DNA from: Azolla caroliniana
Taxonomy: Eukaryota; Plantae; Polypodiophyta
Assembly: GCA_043228905.1 (NCBI GenBank)
Contig: JBHGNT010000012.1
Span: forward strand, 4,464,001 to 4,528,000
Direction of reading: 5' to 3'
Length of the DNA stretch: 64,000 bases
Shown here: piece by piece, positions 24,051 to 37,452 of the stretch
Numbering within the stretch: the stretch's first letter is position 1
Layout of the letters: each line of letters starts with the position of its first letter
Position numbers and translations under genes: made by a program
The notes under the pieces: generated by a model
Databases searched by the model: none
Told to the model about the DNA's origin: nothing
Seen by the model: the letters and a program-made list of their open reading frames with translations, nothing else

Positions 24051-27019
24051 ACTTTTGGCAAGTAAATATTGTAAGTGGTGGTTTCTCGGTTTCTTGTCAT
24101 CGCACCATCCATATGATCATGCTCGAGTCACAGAACCCAAGTGGTTGCGACACACAACCACAATCTTTATGACAATGTGCTCCGCAATATTGGATCCTTC
24201 TTGGTATCGGAGTCTCATTAACTTCCGGAATACTGAGACCCGATTCACAACATTTTTACTCTCTAGCATGGTACTGATTTTTCCCAGAGCACATGAGCCT
24301 TACTTTCTTCATTGAAGTTGTTTTACATGCTCATGTCAATGAAGCATCTTATGTATGTTGTCATCTTCATATGCATCACCTCCCAGGTCATGGCATCTAT
24401 CTTGTCTAGTCTTTTATCTCCAAACTGTACCAACAACTAGATATCTTTGGCCACTAACATGTTCCTCATCTTTGACTTCCAAACTAGGTCGTTGGAGTCA
24501 GTGAGCTTGAACATGTTGCCGAATGGATCTTCCATGCTCTAATACTAGATTGATAGTAATAGTGCTCGGCCACAACCGAGTTTCAAACACACGATGGAAG
24601 AAATAAGCAAAAACTAGCAATGGACTTGACAAGATAGAAGAGACGACACCATATGTTAATGTGGAAAAACCTAATCGGGAAAACCATGGGAGCTCACATA
24701 CTCCAACCATCACTATGACAAAAAGGGTACAACAGAATGAGACTCAAAGGCAACGACCTCGAACTTTGTATCTTTGCCAATAGGAAGTTACAACCGAAAA
24801 AAGACTTTCTCTCTCTCTCTCTCTCACTCTCTCTCTGTCTCTATACAACGATAATGATAATTACACACCACAACAATATTGCCCTAGTTATATTTATACT
24901 TATATAACTTTGGGGCTATTTACAAATATGACCTCAACGGTCAAGTCTGAACATATTTACTAATATGTTCCTATTTGCTGGTTCATACCGGATCCGGTGT
25001 CCGGATACCTTTCGGATCCATCCAGTCTGGTTCCTTCCTTGGTCCCGTCTAATCCGGCTCGTGCGGTTCTCATCTGGATCCCATCCGGAAGGGACCTATT
25101 TCCCAACAAGAATGACCAAAATTTGAGGTTATTACCATTCTCGATTCCAAAATTGTGCGCAACAAGTTGTATTACTTGCTTGATTGGTTTGGCTATACAC
25201 CTAATGATTGAAGTTGGGAACCTGAGGTAAATCTTGCCAATGCTACAAACATAGTCACCAAATTTGGCTATTCGGCTTCTAGGTATTGTGTTTGGGGATA
25301 AGGGGAAGTTCGCTCCATTGTGGACTATTTGAACACTTTCGAACTAGAGAAGGTTATGTACAAATCGAACTGCGACTGTGGAGATGAACGAGGCGACTAC
25401 AACCGACTATAAACGCACGATTACATAGAACGTTGAACTCAACACAGAGGAATTACAACACAGATTTAAACTCAGAGTATCAAAAGCAAAAAAAATTAGA
25501 TTATATACGCAAAGATACAAAATGTTCGATCTATTTTTACATGCTTCCCATGGCCCTTTATATAGGGCTCATGGACGGTTATGATCGTGCATGAACAGTT
25601 ACCTCTATTCAATAGCTTTACTATTTTTTGACTCTCTATTTCCTACTTCTTTAATCACTCGGCCCTACCCATTCCTCTTTTGCTTCATAACTGTTATCCT
25701 CCCTTTTCCCACTTGGACGTCTGAATTGGCCAACACATGGCATGCCCGTGGGATAGTGCATACACAGTTGAACCCACAGGTCGATCACATGTCGTAAAAA
25801 ATGTGCAAAATGCTCGGCTTGGTTGGCGTTGAGTCGGGTTCATGTTGCGGGTTCGGGGTTGGGGTCGGATCCGGCTCCAAGGCTTGTTCCTCTTGTACAT
25901 TTTCTGGCAAGGGTTCATGGGGTTGTGGCTCAAGAGGAGTTGTAGGCCGCGGCAATTGCAAAGTCATCTCTGGGATTTCTTCGGCCGGCCACTGCTCTGT
26001 AATTTCTAGATCAAGGAGGAGGTGTGAGGATTGCTCGTCGGACTCGCTGTTGGGGCACAATATTGTCTCCGATGCATTCTCAATGTCTTGCTCCTTTTCC
26101 ACCTCAACCTGTTCGGTCTCATAGGCCTCCATTATCAATTTGAAGTCTATTTGATCTTCGTCAAAAGCTTCTAGGAGTTGCGCGACTTCCTCCATGTGAC
26201 GTGCCACAAGCGTCTTGTAATCCTCCGTGAGGTTGGCCCAAATGGTGGCCACTCTTTCTTGGTTGAGCTTATAAAAACCGTGACCTTCCTTCTTGCGATT
26301 CTCCTGGTCTACCCAAAAGGTGTGTAGTTCGGCAGATTGCGCAGACCAATGTTCCCAGCCTCTCTATAGCTAGTCAGTTATCATTTGGAGGGCATTGTCT
26401 TTGCGTCTCTCATCCGCACCTCCGACATTTCTGTTTTTGCGTGCATGTGCTCAATAGTGGTTTCGAGCAGTTTGGTCTTGCTTGCGGCGCGGCCAGATTG
26501 TAATGTGTACTTATCTTGGATAAGGCCCATGTTCGTCTGCAAGATGTCAATCTCCTTTGTGTGCATGTCCTCCATCCCAGCCATTTCATTGCATATGCGG
26601 AGTTAGATTTCCTCAGCCACTTTATTTTCGGCCTCCATCTGCTCTTCATACCATTCTTTTCATTTTAACTTCGCCTCGCGAAGTTCCGCTATCCCCTTTT
26701 TAGTGCAAGAGGTAGCGTCCTTTTCTCCGTCTAGGGCTGCGAGCGTTCGGTTGTGTGCAATCATGAATGCGTCAAACCTATCCTGGAGAGCCTTCGCATT
26801 CATCGAGGCCAATGTCTAAACTCAGACCGGAGCCGCTGGATCTCAAATTTTGCCAACGCAACTACTTTCTTAGCCTTGGCCACTACCTCTTGTTGTGTAT
26901 CTACCTCCTCGCGTAGTGCGCGACTATTGTCCGTGGAGGAGCTTTTTGTGGGGGCCGCATATGTGGCGCATTAAAGTAGGAGTTGACATTCGGCCATATC
27001 TTCTTGCAACTCCTATATC

Positions 27020-30000
27020 TGTGGAAAATAAGGGAATATGGAATGGAAAGAGAGGGAGAGAGGAAGAGAGAGAAAGAGAAGAAGAAAACTTAATTGAATG
27101 GTAGTTTCTGTCTCTCTCTTACAACCAACCGACCACACAGAGAGCAAATGTGGTGGTTATAAGTGCACCCTATTTTTGGGGTGCACCTTTTCATATCATA
27201 AGGTTACGTTTTTATTATTTAGTTTCCTATTTATTTATTCTACACTAATTAGTTTATTACAACAGCCTCCCATAAACTAATTAGTTGTGAATCGTTGTAA
27301 TCCTAAATTTTCACAACAAGCTTTAAATTTGTGTGGAGGTAGAGCCTTTGTTAGAAAATCAGCCCACATATCATTTGTCGATGTAAACTCTAAGGTAAGC
27401 TTGTTTTCTTCGCCCAACTCTCGTATAAAGTGATATTTTAAATCCACATGTTTGGTTTTCTCCGAGTGCTTTGGATTCTTCGTTAAGTAGATACATGATA
27501 TATTGTTGCAAAAGATTTTCAATTGGAGTGGTTCACATAGTTGGAGTTCTTTTAACACTGTTTGCAACCATAATCCTTCTTTAGCAACCAATGCCACTGC
27601 TACGAATTCAGCTTTAGTAGATGAGAGTGTCACAGATTCTTGTTTTTTCGATTGCCACGTCATTGCTACTCCTGCCATTATAAAAGAAAAACTAGCAGTA
27701 GATCTTCGAGAATCAATGTCCCCCCCCAATCCAAATCAGACCAACCAACAAGTGATTTGATTGGTCTTTCGGATTGGGATCGTTTATATGTTAATCCATA
27801 GTTGGATGTGTGTTTTAGATATCACATAACTCGTTGAAGTGATTTCCAATGCATAAGGCCGGGGTTATGCATAAAGCGCAATAGATAATTAATTGCAAAA
27901 CAAAGGTCAGGACGAGTTCCTGTGACTAAATATCGAAGTTTTCCTATTAATTGTTTAAAGGGAAATTGTTGCATAAAATTAATATCGCTTTTCGTGGTTG
28001 GACCATTGGATATGCTTTAAGTTACATGTTAGTGATAAGGGAGTAGGGCAAGGTTTAATGTTTAACATTCCGAAGGATTTCAAAATTTCATTAATGAATT
28101 TATTTTGATGAATGATCAAGGTGCCCATACTACGATTACGCGTAACTTGCATGCCTAGAAAATAAGATAGGGGACCTAAATCTGTTATTGAAAATGCTTT
28201 GGAAAGTTCTAGCTTTGCTTGAGTAATTTCAGATGGTGTTCCAACTATAGGAATGTCATCCACATATAGTGCTACCACTAACAACCGATTAGATGTATGA
28301 TTATGTCTAATGTATATATTTGGTTCTGATAACAATCTAGAATAGCCATGTGAGAGCATAAAATTGTTAAATTTTTGAAACCATAACCTAGGAGATTGTT
28401 TGAGTCCATAAAGTGACCGATGTAACCGACACACATAGTTTGGTTGAGAGTGTGACTCAAACCCAGGAAGTTGTGACATGTAGATTTCTTCGGGTAAATC
28501 ACCATGTAGAAATGCCGTTTGTACATCCAAATGATGTACCTCGAGGTCAAGAATGGTGGCCAGAGCCATTAGAAGCCGAAAAGATGCCATGCGAAGAACG
28601 GGTGAGAATGTCTCAGAATAGTCAAGTCCTTCAACTTGAGAAAAACCACGAGCGACAAGTCGAGCTTTGTAACGTGCAACAGTACCATCAGGGTTTAGTT
28701 TTTTCTTCAACGCCCATTTGCATGAAATAGGTGAGCGTCCCATTGGGAGTGGTACTAGGGTCCACGTTTTGTTGGCCTCAAGAGATTCAAGTTCTTTTGC
28801 CATGGCAACTTGCCATTCATTATGATCTGGGCTTTGCAATGCCTCATTCATAGTTAAGGGATCATCAGAAATGTCTGATGTGGTTGAGGGGGAACCAAGA
28901 GCCGAAAATGCAAACTCAGGTTCAAATTGATGGTCCGCAATAAGAGCGTCTATTTTTTTTGTGTGATCATAAAGATCTTGAATAGTACGAACTTTCTTTG
29001 GAGTAGATGTAGAGCTAAGTGAAGTAGGTGATTTCGCAATGTGAGAACTATTTGTATGTTCTACATGTTGATTATTAGTGGAATATGAAGTATTTCTACA
29101 TCCTATTTTAATTACTTTTGCATCATTGTGACCAATGGTTTTCAACTTGTCATTAAGACGTGAGGATCGTCGTAGTGGAATAAGGAGATTTTTGATAGGA
29201 TGGGAGCATGAATAATCAATATGAGTCAATTGTGTTCCATCTAAAAGTTTTTCCTTATGAGTGCTATGGTGATTATTAAGGCTCTTTTTACTTTGGTTGG
29301 GGTTACTGTTTAAAATTGGAGTATGTACATCAGTTTGTTGGGATTGTTTGGTTATTAAAGGCAATAAGTTGGAGTCATTGGTTGAACCTGAGACTTGTGG
29401 GAGGACCTCTAGAGATGAGGGCATTAATGGAGGAGAGTTAATTGGGACTTGTTGAATTTCCGAGGACATTTGTGGAGCCCGCCCAGAATTAGTAGGTGAT
29501 GATATTACTTCTTTATTGGATTCAGTGTTAGACATGGTAGTCGCGTCTTGTATCTTTTCATAGCCATGATGTGAATGAGGATTAGATATCAATTTTTCTT
29601 CATCAAATATCACTCGTCAACTAAATATAAATCTTTTGTATTTTGGGTCGTATAATCGATAACCCTTATAGCCATGAGGTTCGCCATACCCAACAAATAT
29701 TGTGCGAACTACGTGATTATCTAATTTTGATCGAGTTTCTAGCGGTACGAGTGCATATGATGGACATCCAAAGATTCTTAGATGTTTATAATTTGGATTT
29801 TTTCCAAACCACAAGGAAAATGGAGTTGTCCTAATTGATCGACTATATGTTCTATTGAATATATAACAAGCGGTCGAAATAGCCTCTTCCCAATATGTTC
29901 AGGGAAGGTTTGCAATGGCGAGCATGCAACGAGTGGCATCCATATACAACTGGTTTCGTCGTTCAGCCCTTGAATTGTGTTGGGGTGTATATGGAATGGT

Positions 30001-32256
30001 AAACCGTTGTTGAATCCCATGATTTTGGCAATACGTTTGAAAGTTTTGGGACTTGAATTCTCCACCATTATCTGATTGGAGTACTTTAAGGGGTAATTCT
30101 TGTTGATTTGTTGCAAGTTTATGATAGGCTTTGAATTTCTCAAGGACTTGATCACTACATTTTGTCTTGAGAAATGTGACCATCGTGAAATGAGTAAAGT
30201 CATCGATAAATGTTAGGAAATATACATTCCCAGATAGGGATGGGGTAGACAAGGGACACATATATCTGTGTGCACTAGTTGGAGGGGTTTAGTGGTCGTT
30301 GTAGCATGGGATGGAAATGGCTAGTTAGAGAGTTTTCCAACTATACACCCTTTGCAAAGGGATAGTTTCGATTTACTAGGAAGAGTAAAACCAACTACTA
30401 TATGTTGTCAGGCCATGTGAACCATTGTTTGATGGTTTAAGTGGCCTAATCGATAGTGTCATAATAAGGTGATATAGTTGGATGTGTTTGAATCATCCAT
30501 GTGGTGTGCTTCTTCAGCAGGTACCATAGAGCGACCTAAGAGGTAAAGACATCCTTGTCTTGGACAGTTAACGACATAGCCTCGTCCAGAGGGTGTCTTA
30601 TGACGAATGATACAATATTTGTGATAAAACTCGACGGATGTATTATCATTTGTGAGTTTATTGACAGATATCAAGTTTTTTGCTATGTTAGGTATATAGT
30701 AAACTTCATTGATTTCAATGAAGTTCTCATCAGAAAGTTCAAGATGGGCAGTCCCATGTCCAAGGGCATATTCAACCCCATTGTTCCCAAATCTAACCGG
30801 GAAAGGATGCTCTAAGACCTTTAAGACCTTATAGTCTTTGAGCCATTCAACTCTTGAGGTGAGGTGACATGTGGCACCTGTATCAAGAATCCACGTTGAA
30901 GTGGGAGAGTTGTTAAATGAAGTCAGGGCCATAAAGGCAATGAAAGAGTCTTCATTATCCTCATCAGAATTTTGGTCACCACGACATATGTCATTATTTT
31001 GACCGTAGTCATCACGTGATGCATTGTAAGATTGGTCTTCTTTATATGTTCTTTTCCCATTGTTAGGATTCCTATAACAATCTTTTGTTTCATGTCCACT
31101 CCTTTGACAATTTGTACAAAAGGATCTAAGGAACCTAGATTTGTTATGATTCCTTGAATCATTAAATTTAGAAGTCCGTGAATAAAATTTGGCGTTATTA
31201 GGTTGGTATGTTGATCTAGGTTTATTGAAAGGTTTTTTATTGTAATTTGGATGTTTGATATAAAGTGCGGCGTGAGATGAGGAGGGTTGATTTATTGCCC
31301 TACGAAGTATGTTTTCTTGTGAGATTGATGCCACTAATGTTGGGACACTAATGTTGGCTGATGTGGATTTTGTACTTATAAATGGTTGCCATGATGGGGG
31401 TAGGGCGGCTAACAAGAGGGCGGATTGAACGGAACTTGGCAAACTAAGTCCTGAAAGGATCACATCATCAAGTCGAAGTCTCCAATTTTTAACAAATGTA
31501 TCAACATCATCATTTTCATTCATATTCATATTTATTAAAGTTTTTAAATTTGCGACTTGGGACGTAATGTCCGTATGGAGGTAATCAGCCTCTAATCTAT
31601 CCCATATTTGTTTGGAGGTAGTCAAGGTTCTCACACTTTGCTTAAGTGTGTCCTCCATATGAAGGAGAAGTTCTAAGCGAGCGTTTAAATCACGCCGCTT
31701 CCATGTTTGCACGTCAAGTGCATTTGTGGGGACATTAATGTCGGGGCACACGTCGGTTCCATCGACGATATTTAACAAGTCATGTTGTTCTAATATAATT
31801 TCCATGGTCATACGCCATGGTTGATAGTTTTTATCATTTAATTTTTCAATGTGATAAGTGCGAGACGATACCTGGGCGGCATTTGCCGCCACATTTGCTA
31901 TCACTCCGCCGTTTGACATGGTCTAAAAACGTTTCTTTAATTCACACGTTTGTTATTAACACTGCGACACAATTCTTGGTGGGGTTAGACTCCTTCACCG
32001 CTCTGATACCATGTGGAAAATAAGGGAATATGGAATGGAAAGAGAGGGAGAGAGGAAGAGAGAGAAAGAGAAGAAGAAAACTTAATTGAATGGTAGTTTT
32101 TGTCTCTCTCTTACAACCAACCGACCACACAGAGAGCAAATGTGGTGGTTATAGGTGCACCCTATTTTTGGGGTGCACCTTTTCATATCATAAGGTTACG
32201 TTTTTATTATTTAGTTTCCTATTTATTTATTCTACACTAATTAGTTTATTACAACA
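27020..32256 (-). mobile_element. Full-length young Ty1/Copia element (short LTRs, Ale-like), TSD ATATC
   Basis: 245-bp LTRs 27020-27264 and 32012-32256 (2 mismatches), PBS TGGTATCAGAGC 32000-32011, PPT ~27265-27276, TSD 27015-27019 and 32257-32261. Confidence 0.96.
27277..31919 (-). pseudogene. gag-pol: Copia gag-pol polyprotein with several stops and a frameshift
   Basis: ORFs 30459..31919 (CTNCQRSGHETKDC, WILDTGATCH), 29899..30261, 27979..29613 (LYVDD), 27277..27729 (KHVDLKYHFIRE, ADFLTK). Confidence 0.93.
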
Positions 32257-35200
32257 ATATCTGCCACTTGTGCTCCTCCGTTTTTCTCGTCAACTTCTTC
32301 TTGTAAGCCATATCCTTCGCTCTGAGGAAAACCTGGGCCAACTCCTCTTGAACTTCGACTAGGGCCATATTCACGATTGGCAATTCAATTGCCCTGTGCC
32401 CACCATCTATGTGTTGTTTCCTGCCGATTTTGTTCAAGGTTTTCTCCTCTTCCGGTTCTATGAGGCCAGCGATTGCACGCTGGATCATTTGTCTCTCGGC
32501 ATGCTCTTCAGCCAAGCCTTTGGTCGTTGCGACTTGCTGCATTGCCATGAATTTGCTGAGTTCGAATAACGTGCGAAACAATAAGATTGCCACGAATTCA
32601 TGTGCGACAACTGGGATTTCTCTATAGGCGAGGACTTTGCCCTCAGAAATCAGGGATCCCTTTCCTCATTCTAGCTTCTTGGTCAATGGCGTTCCTTCGG
32701 TTGTGTCTGGAACGACTGTTGTCGATGCCTCAAGGGGCACCTCCATGGCCGGCTTCGATGCTTCGTCTTTCACTAGGCCTTGACCGTTTTTTCAATCTAG
32801 GTGGTGGCATTTGTATTGTAGGCTTTGAGGAGGCCTCTCCCTATTCTGTTCGCTCCTCTGGAGGTCCGGCTCCGTAGTTTCCTTCTATCGTTCTACAGGT
32901 CTGGGGTGTCTCTTGTCGATTTGACCGTCCCAGACAGTGCAATTTGTTGAGGCCACTTAGTTTTTTCCTCCTACCACTCCGTTGTTTGGAGTTCGCTGAG
33001 TCGTTTCTTTCGGTCAGAGGTGGGCATCTGCATCGCTGCTTGGATTGCTGAATTGGGGAGTGGAAGTGTGGAGACAGGCAGAAACATTATTGTGAAGTAT
33101 TGCACGATGATGGGAATCATTTTCTTCCCGCTTGGAGACCAATCAACCTAGTGCGTAATGCCGCACGTGTAATGTATCCCTAGTCGATTGGGGCTTCCTC
33201 ATAGGTGGAAATGATCATCCCCACTTTATGCCACAGCATTCCATACGATTTCGGGTGCACGCAAGCGGCTTCCAACATGAACTTGGCGACATCATAGAAG
33301 AAAACGCCTGGTGCATGTTGGATTTTGTATGCCTTGGTGGAAGCCGAATATACCTTTGTTGTGGGTGGGATCTCCAAGCACTGATCCCCAAGCGAGCTGA
33401 GGCTGAGCTTCTCGCAGACCATGGCATTTGTGATGGTGTCCATATTTATCTTGGCGCTGATGTCCATCACGTTGGGATGAGGTTGAGCATCAATGATGCG
33501 AATGTAACTTGCCAATCCATGAATGGGTTGTGGAGTGAGTGCTGAGGGTGAACCTGGGTAGATGTCTATGAGTGAGGGGAGCGATGGGAGCAAGGAGCAC
33601 TTGGGGAGCTAGGAGAACGAGAAGGTTGAAGAAGAGTTTGTGCGTTTGTGTGGGAGATGTGTGAAAAGACGTTGTGTTCTTCTTTTTATGAGGAAGGGTG
33701 AGAGAGGTCCTTAATCAAGATTTGTTGATCCTTAGTTGCTTTATTGGATTGCGTGTCTGCATGCAAGAAGCTTTAAATAGCTCTAAGTGCCCCCCCCCCC
33801 CCCCCCCCCACTTTTTTCTTTTTTTCGAGTAAAACGGTAATGTTACAATAATGAAACATTAGTGATAGTGGGGTCCATCCCGTGAAATGGCGTTGGTGGG
33901 GAGTGATTCGACGGTCCTTTTGTATGGCTTTGTCAAAAATGGGTTCAGTGTTGTGGGCCCCAAGTACGGTTTTAGCCAGAAACCGTTGACTTTGCTGGGT
34001 AGGATTTCTCCGGCTAGTGTCCCGAATTAGGAAGTGTTATTTTCGACACGGTGATCCAATACAGCCTGGTCCGTTGAAATTGAAGTTTGTCGGGCATCAG
34101 CCCCATGTGTGTTTGAAACACTAATACGGGTTTGTTTATCTCAAAGTCCTTTTCGTTACCTTTTCTATGCCTATCGACAAAGGCCTTGCGCCATGTTTGC
34201 TCTTGCTCCAAGTTAGCCATACTGTTGATCTGAACTTCACCATGTTCCAGGAGTTGTTCAAGTCAGACTTGCTCCGTTGCTTTCTCGGCCAAGTGTTCAC
34301 AAACTTGCACATGCTGACTCAGAACCCAAAATTCGATTGGCATTATTGCTTCGAGTCCGAACGCCAGTCGGAATGGTGTCACTTGGGTACTTGTCTTTAA
34401 GCTTGTACGATATGCCCAAAGGGCGCTCTGGAGCTTTGTATCCCAGTCCGTCCAATTCTCATTGACGATTTTCTTTTGTATGTTCTGTAAAGTTTTGTTC
34501 GTCGATTCCACTACGCCATTTGCCTCGGGGTAGTATGGGGTACTCTTCTTGTGGACGACCGCGTACTGTTCCGTTAATTCGTGTATAAACTTGTTGATAA
34601 AATGCCCCCCTGGATCGTTGATCAGCCGTATGGGACAATCGAATTGGCACCAAGTGTTTTCGTACAAGAATTTCGCCGTGGAAGCGTTCATATTGTCGCG
34701 AAATGCCTTGACCTCCACCCATTTCGTACAATAATCGATGGCCATGAGGATATTTTGATTCCCTGTATGGGCCACTGCTAGGGTGAAAGGGCCGACAAAA
34801 TCTAGGCCCCACTTATGGAAAGGTTCCAAGGGTAGCACTAGGTGGTGTGGCATGCGGGCGCGTTCCGTTGGCTGGCCCATTCCCTAGCACAGATCACACT
34901 GCCAACAATATGTCTCTATGTCCTTTTGTGTGGTTGGCCACCAAAGGTCACTCTACCAGTCCTTTCGAGCTGTCGTCTCCCCAGCTTAATGTCTACCAGC
35001 TATCCCGAAGTGCGCGTCCCGCAGTATTGTCGCCCTCTCGTCACTTCAGATGCATCGGCACCAAATTCCATCGCTTCCTTTGTGGTACAGGGTCCTCTCT
35101 AATAGGCAAAAAATTTGGTTGCGGATGGCCAGACACTTTTCGTCTATCCTCATCCGTGGGGGAGGCAATCCGGTGGTTAAGAAATGACTAATTGCTTGGA

Positions 35201-35671
35201 GCCATTTGTCTGTTGGCGGCACCGTGTCCGCTTCGGCCTCTATCGCTTAAATTAGTAACATTCCGCTATCTAGAAAATTGTCATCACCACCCGCGGTGTC
35301 CTCTCCATTCTCGTTGCGGCTCAGGTAGACCACTACGGTGTGTTGAGTTCCTGACCGATGCTGAATTTTGAATTCGAACTCTTGCACGTGCAACATCCAT
35401 CTAGTCGGCTTCCTCGTGAGTGACTATTTGGAGACAAGGTACAAGAAAGCCACATGATCCACATGAAACACAAACTTCCAGTCTAGTAGGTAGTGTCAAA
35501 ATTTGTTGATGTTGTAGATCATACCTAGCGCTCCCCATTCGGTCGTGCAGTAGGTCCGTTCGGCAGTTGAAAGTTTGTGGCTCGAATAATAAACCGGACG
35601 ATACCAGTTTGGTTGGGTCAGTTGCATGAGAGCACTACCAATTGTGATATCCAACGCATCGACAAACATGT

Positions 35672-35999
35672 TGTCGTGAAGATTCTGGGACATTGTGAGA
35701 AACCACGGAATATCAGAAGCATCGGCGAAGTGCATCATGTGCACTTACCCTTGTATAAACGTGTGAATAATAGGGGTGCCTTTATGGCGCCGAGTAGGAG
35801 TTAAGTCGGGACAGAGAATCCCATGTAAATCGGGATTTATCCCACATTGTTACGTACCTCCCTCCTTGTGCTATAAAAGGAAGGGAGGGTCACTTGTGAA
35901 AGGGTTGCCCATTTTCAGTTAGGAAGGATAGACCACTTAGGTCTAGGGTTTGGTAGTTTTCTTGGTCTTCATCTTATTCTTAGGGTTTCATCTGGATAG

Positions 36000-36030
<31 letters not shown>

Positions 36031-37220
36031 CTTCTTCTTCTTCTTCTTCTTCTTCTTTGTCATCGTGTGGGTAGAGAGTTCGTGTCTGTTTAGGGTTTAG
36101 TCTGGTTAGGAGTTTGTATGTCTAAAGACTTTTATTGTATCCTGAGCTTCCTAGGTCCGGCTCGAAGCTGGTATTGTATCTTGTTCTTGTAAATTTACAT
36201 GTGGAAGGTTCTGCGTTTTAGTGTCTATTTGGGGTGTCTTTAGTGTTCTCTTTCTTTCGTTTCTGTACATAAGGGCGTGAGTTAGGTCACCGCATATCCG
36301 AAGGAACAAGAAGCATGCATGCAGTAAGAAGAAGGGCCAACGGGGGAAGCACGCGCACTACGGGATCGCGGTGAATGACCTATCGACGGGTCAAACAAGC
36401 CTACGGGGAGGCAAACACGGAGAACGAACTGGAGCCGACGGTTCGGACCGGCGAGGCCAACGGCGACCGGAATGCGGATTACAGAAGACTGGTTCCTCAC
36501 CGGCTGGAATCTCTCACCCTTCTCCGAACTTGGCACGTACCAGTGGACGTGCGGTTTGGTGGGGGCAGATGTCATGAAGATTCCGGGACATGGTGAGAAA
36601 CCGGGGAATATTGGAAGCATCGGTGAAGTGCATCATGTGCACTTACCCTTGTATAAACATGTGAATAATAGGGGTGCCTTTATGGCGCCGAGTAGGAGTT
36701 AAGGCAGGATAGAGAATCCCATATAAATCGGGATTTATCCCACATTGTTAAGCACCTCCCTCCTTGTGCTATAAAAGGAGGGAGGGTCACTTGTGAAAGG
36801 GTTGCCCATTTTGAGTTAGGAAGGGTATACCACTTAGGTCTAGGGTTTGGTAGTTTTCTTGGTCTTCATCTTCTTCTTCTTCGTCGTCATCATGTGGGTA
36901 GAGAGTTCGTGTCTGTTTAGGGTTTAGTCTGGTTAAGAGTTCGTATGTCTAAAGAGGTTTAGGCTTCTACCCTGTCTCTTATGTAAGACCCCGCTCGGCG
37001 CAACGAGCTCGAGAGCTCCTTGATCGGCGGCTTGGCAGCAAACTTCTATTGTATCCTGAGCTTCCTAGGTCCAGCTCGAAGCTGGTATTGTATCTTGTTC
37101 TTGTAAATTTACATGTGGAAGGTTCTGCATTTCGGTGTTTGTGTGGGGTGTCTTTAGTGTTCTCTTTCTTTTGTTTCTGTACATGAGGGCGTGAGTTAGG
37201 TTGGTGTTGCGTGCGTGTAT

Positions 37221-37269
<49 letters not shown>

Positions 37270-37452
37270 ATCCATCTCACCCTCTCTTCTGTTTAGTAGC
37301 CTCCTGTACCCAACCGGTAACGTTCAGGGTTTGTGCTACTCTTGTGCGGCCGATCACGGAGGGAGTCAGTCTCCCGGTACTCTCTACTCCCTAGTCCAAG
37401 ACCCCCGTGGTCCCGCCTTGGATCCTACACGTACTCGCAGAATACCACGACA
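35672..37452 (+). mobile_element. Internally deleted LTR element: truncated LTR 35672-~36287, 3' internal remnant with PPT, LTR 36570-37452; inferred 4-bp TSD ACGT
   Basis: TGTCGTGAAG and TGTCATGAAG starts, end CACGACA, PPT GGTGGGGGCAGA, flanks ATGT and ACAT. Confidence 0.85.
36001..36057. repeat. (CTT)n microsatellite expanded in LTR1
   Basis: About 19 units here versus about 4-5 in the LTR2 copy near 36870. Confidence 0.9.

Larger units (their letters stand above)
19831..24174 (-). mobile_element. Ty1/Copia element, 3'-truncated, same family as 12760-15760; 5' LTR from 23402 to 24174 (alternative end 23700)
   Basis: gag (23083..23268, 22547..22936), WYVDSGASNHM, HSDVWGP, QNGVAERKN, LLYVDD. 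PBS TGGTATTAGAGC 23390-23401. LTR homologous to 14717-14830. Confidence 0.82.
15761..25108 (-). mobile_element. Ty1/Copia element (Tork/TAR-like), fragmented: 3' LTR piece 15761-15870, RH-RT-INT 15890-18620, gag knuckle to 18816, gag N-terminus 24178-24534, 5' LTR 24551-25108
   Basis: PYASAIGSLMYA, QLDVKTAFLHG, ELNGLAKRMNRT, YCGKPGHF. Degenerate Met PBS TAGTATTAGAGC near 24536-24547. PPT at 15871-15883. Joining the two halves into one element is inferred, and the LTR ends are visibly diverged. Confidence 0.7.
25785..33600 (-). pseudogene. Extra ORF 3' of integrase in Gypsy B (globular N-terminus plus coiled coil), split by Copia 27020-32256
   Basis: ORFs 33180..33593, 32249..32593, 26381..26584, 25785..26252. 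Alignable by eye to 55096-57760. Confidence 0.65.

Noticed and set aside
33789-33826. C~20 and T-rich tract as a central PPT or G-quadruplex
   Set aside because: No equivalent run at the matching position in Gypsy C. Probably homopolymer slippage.
37221-37270. (CT)n and (GA)n tracts (also 59390-59426) and ERER ORFs
   Set aside because: Ordinary LTR microsatellites.
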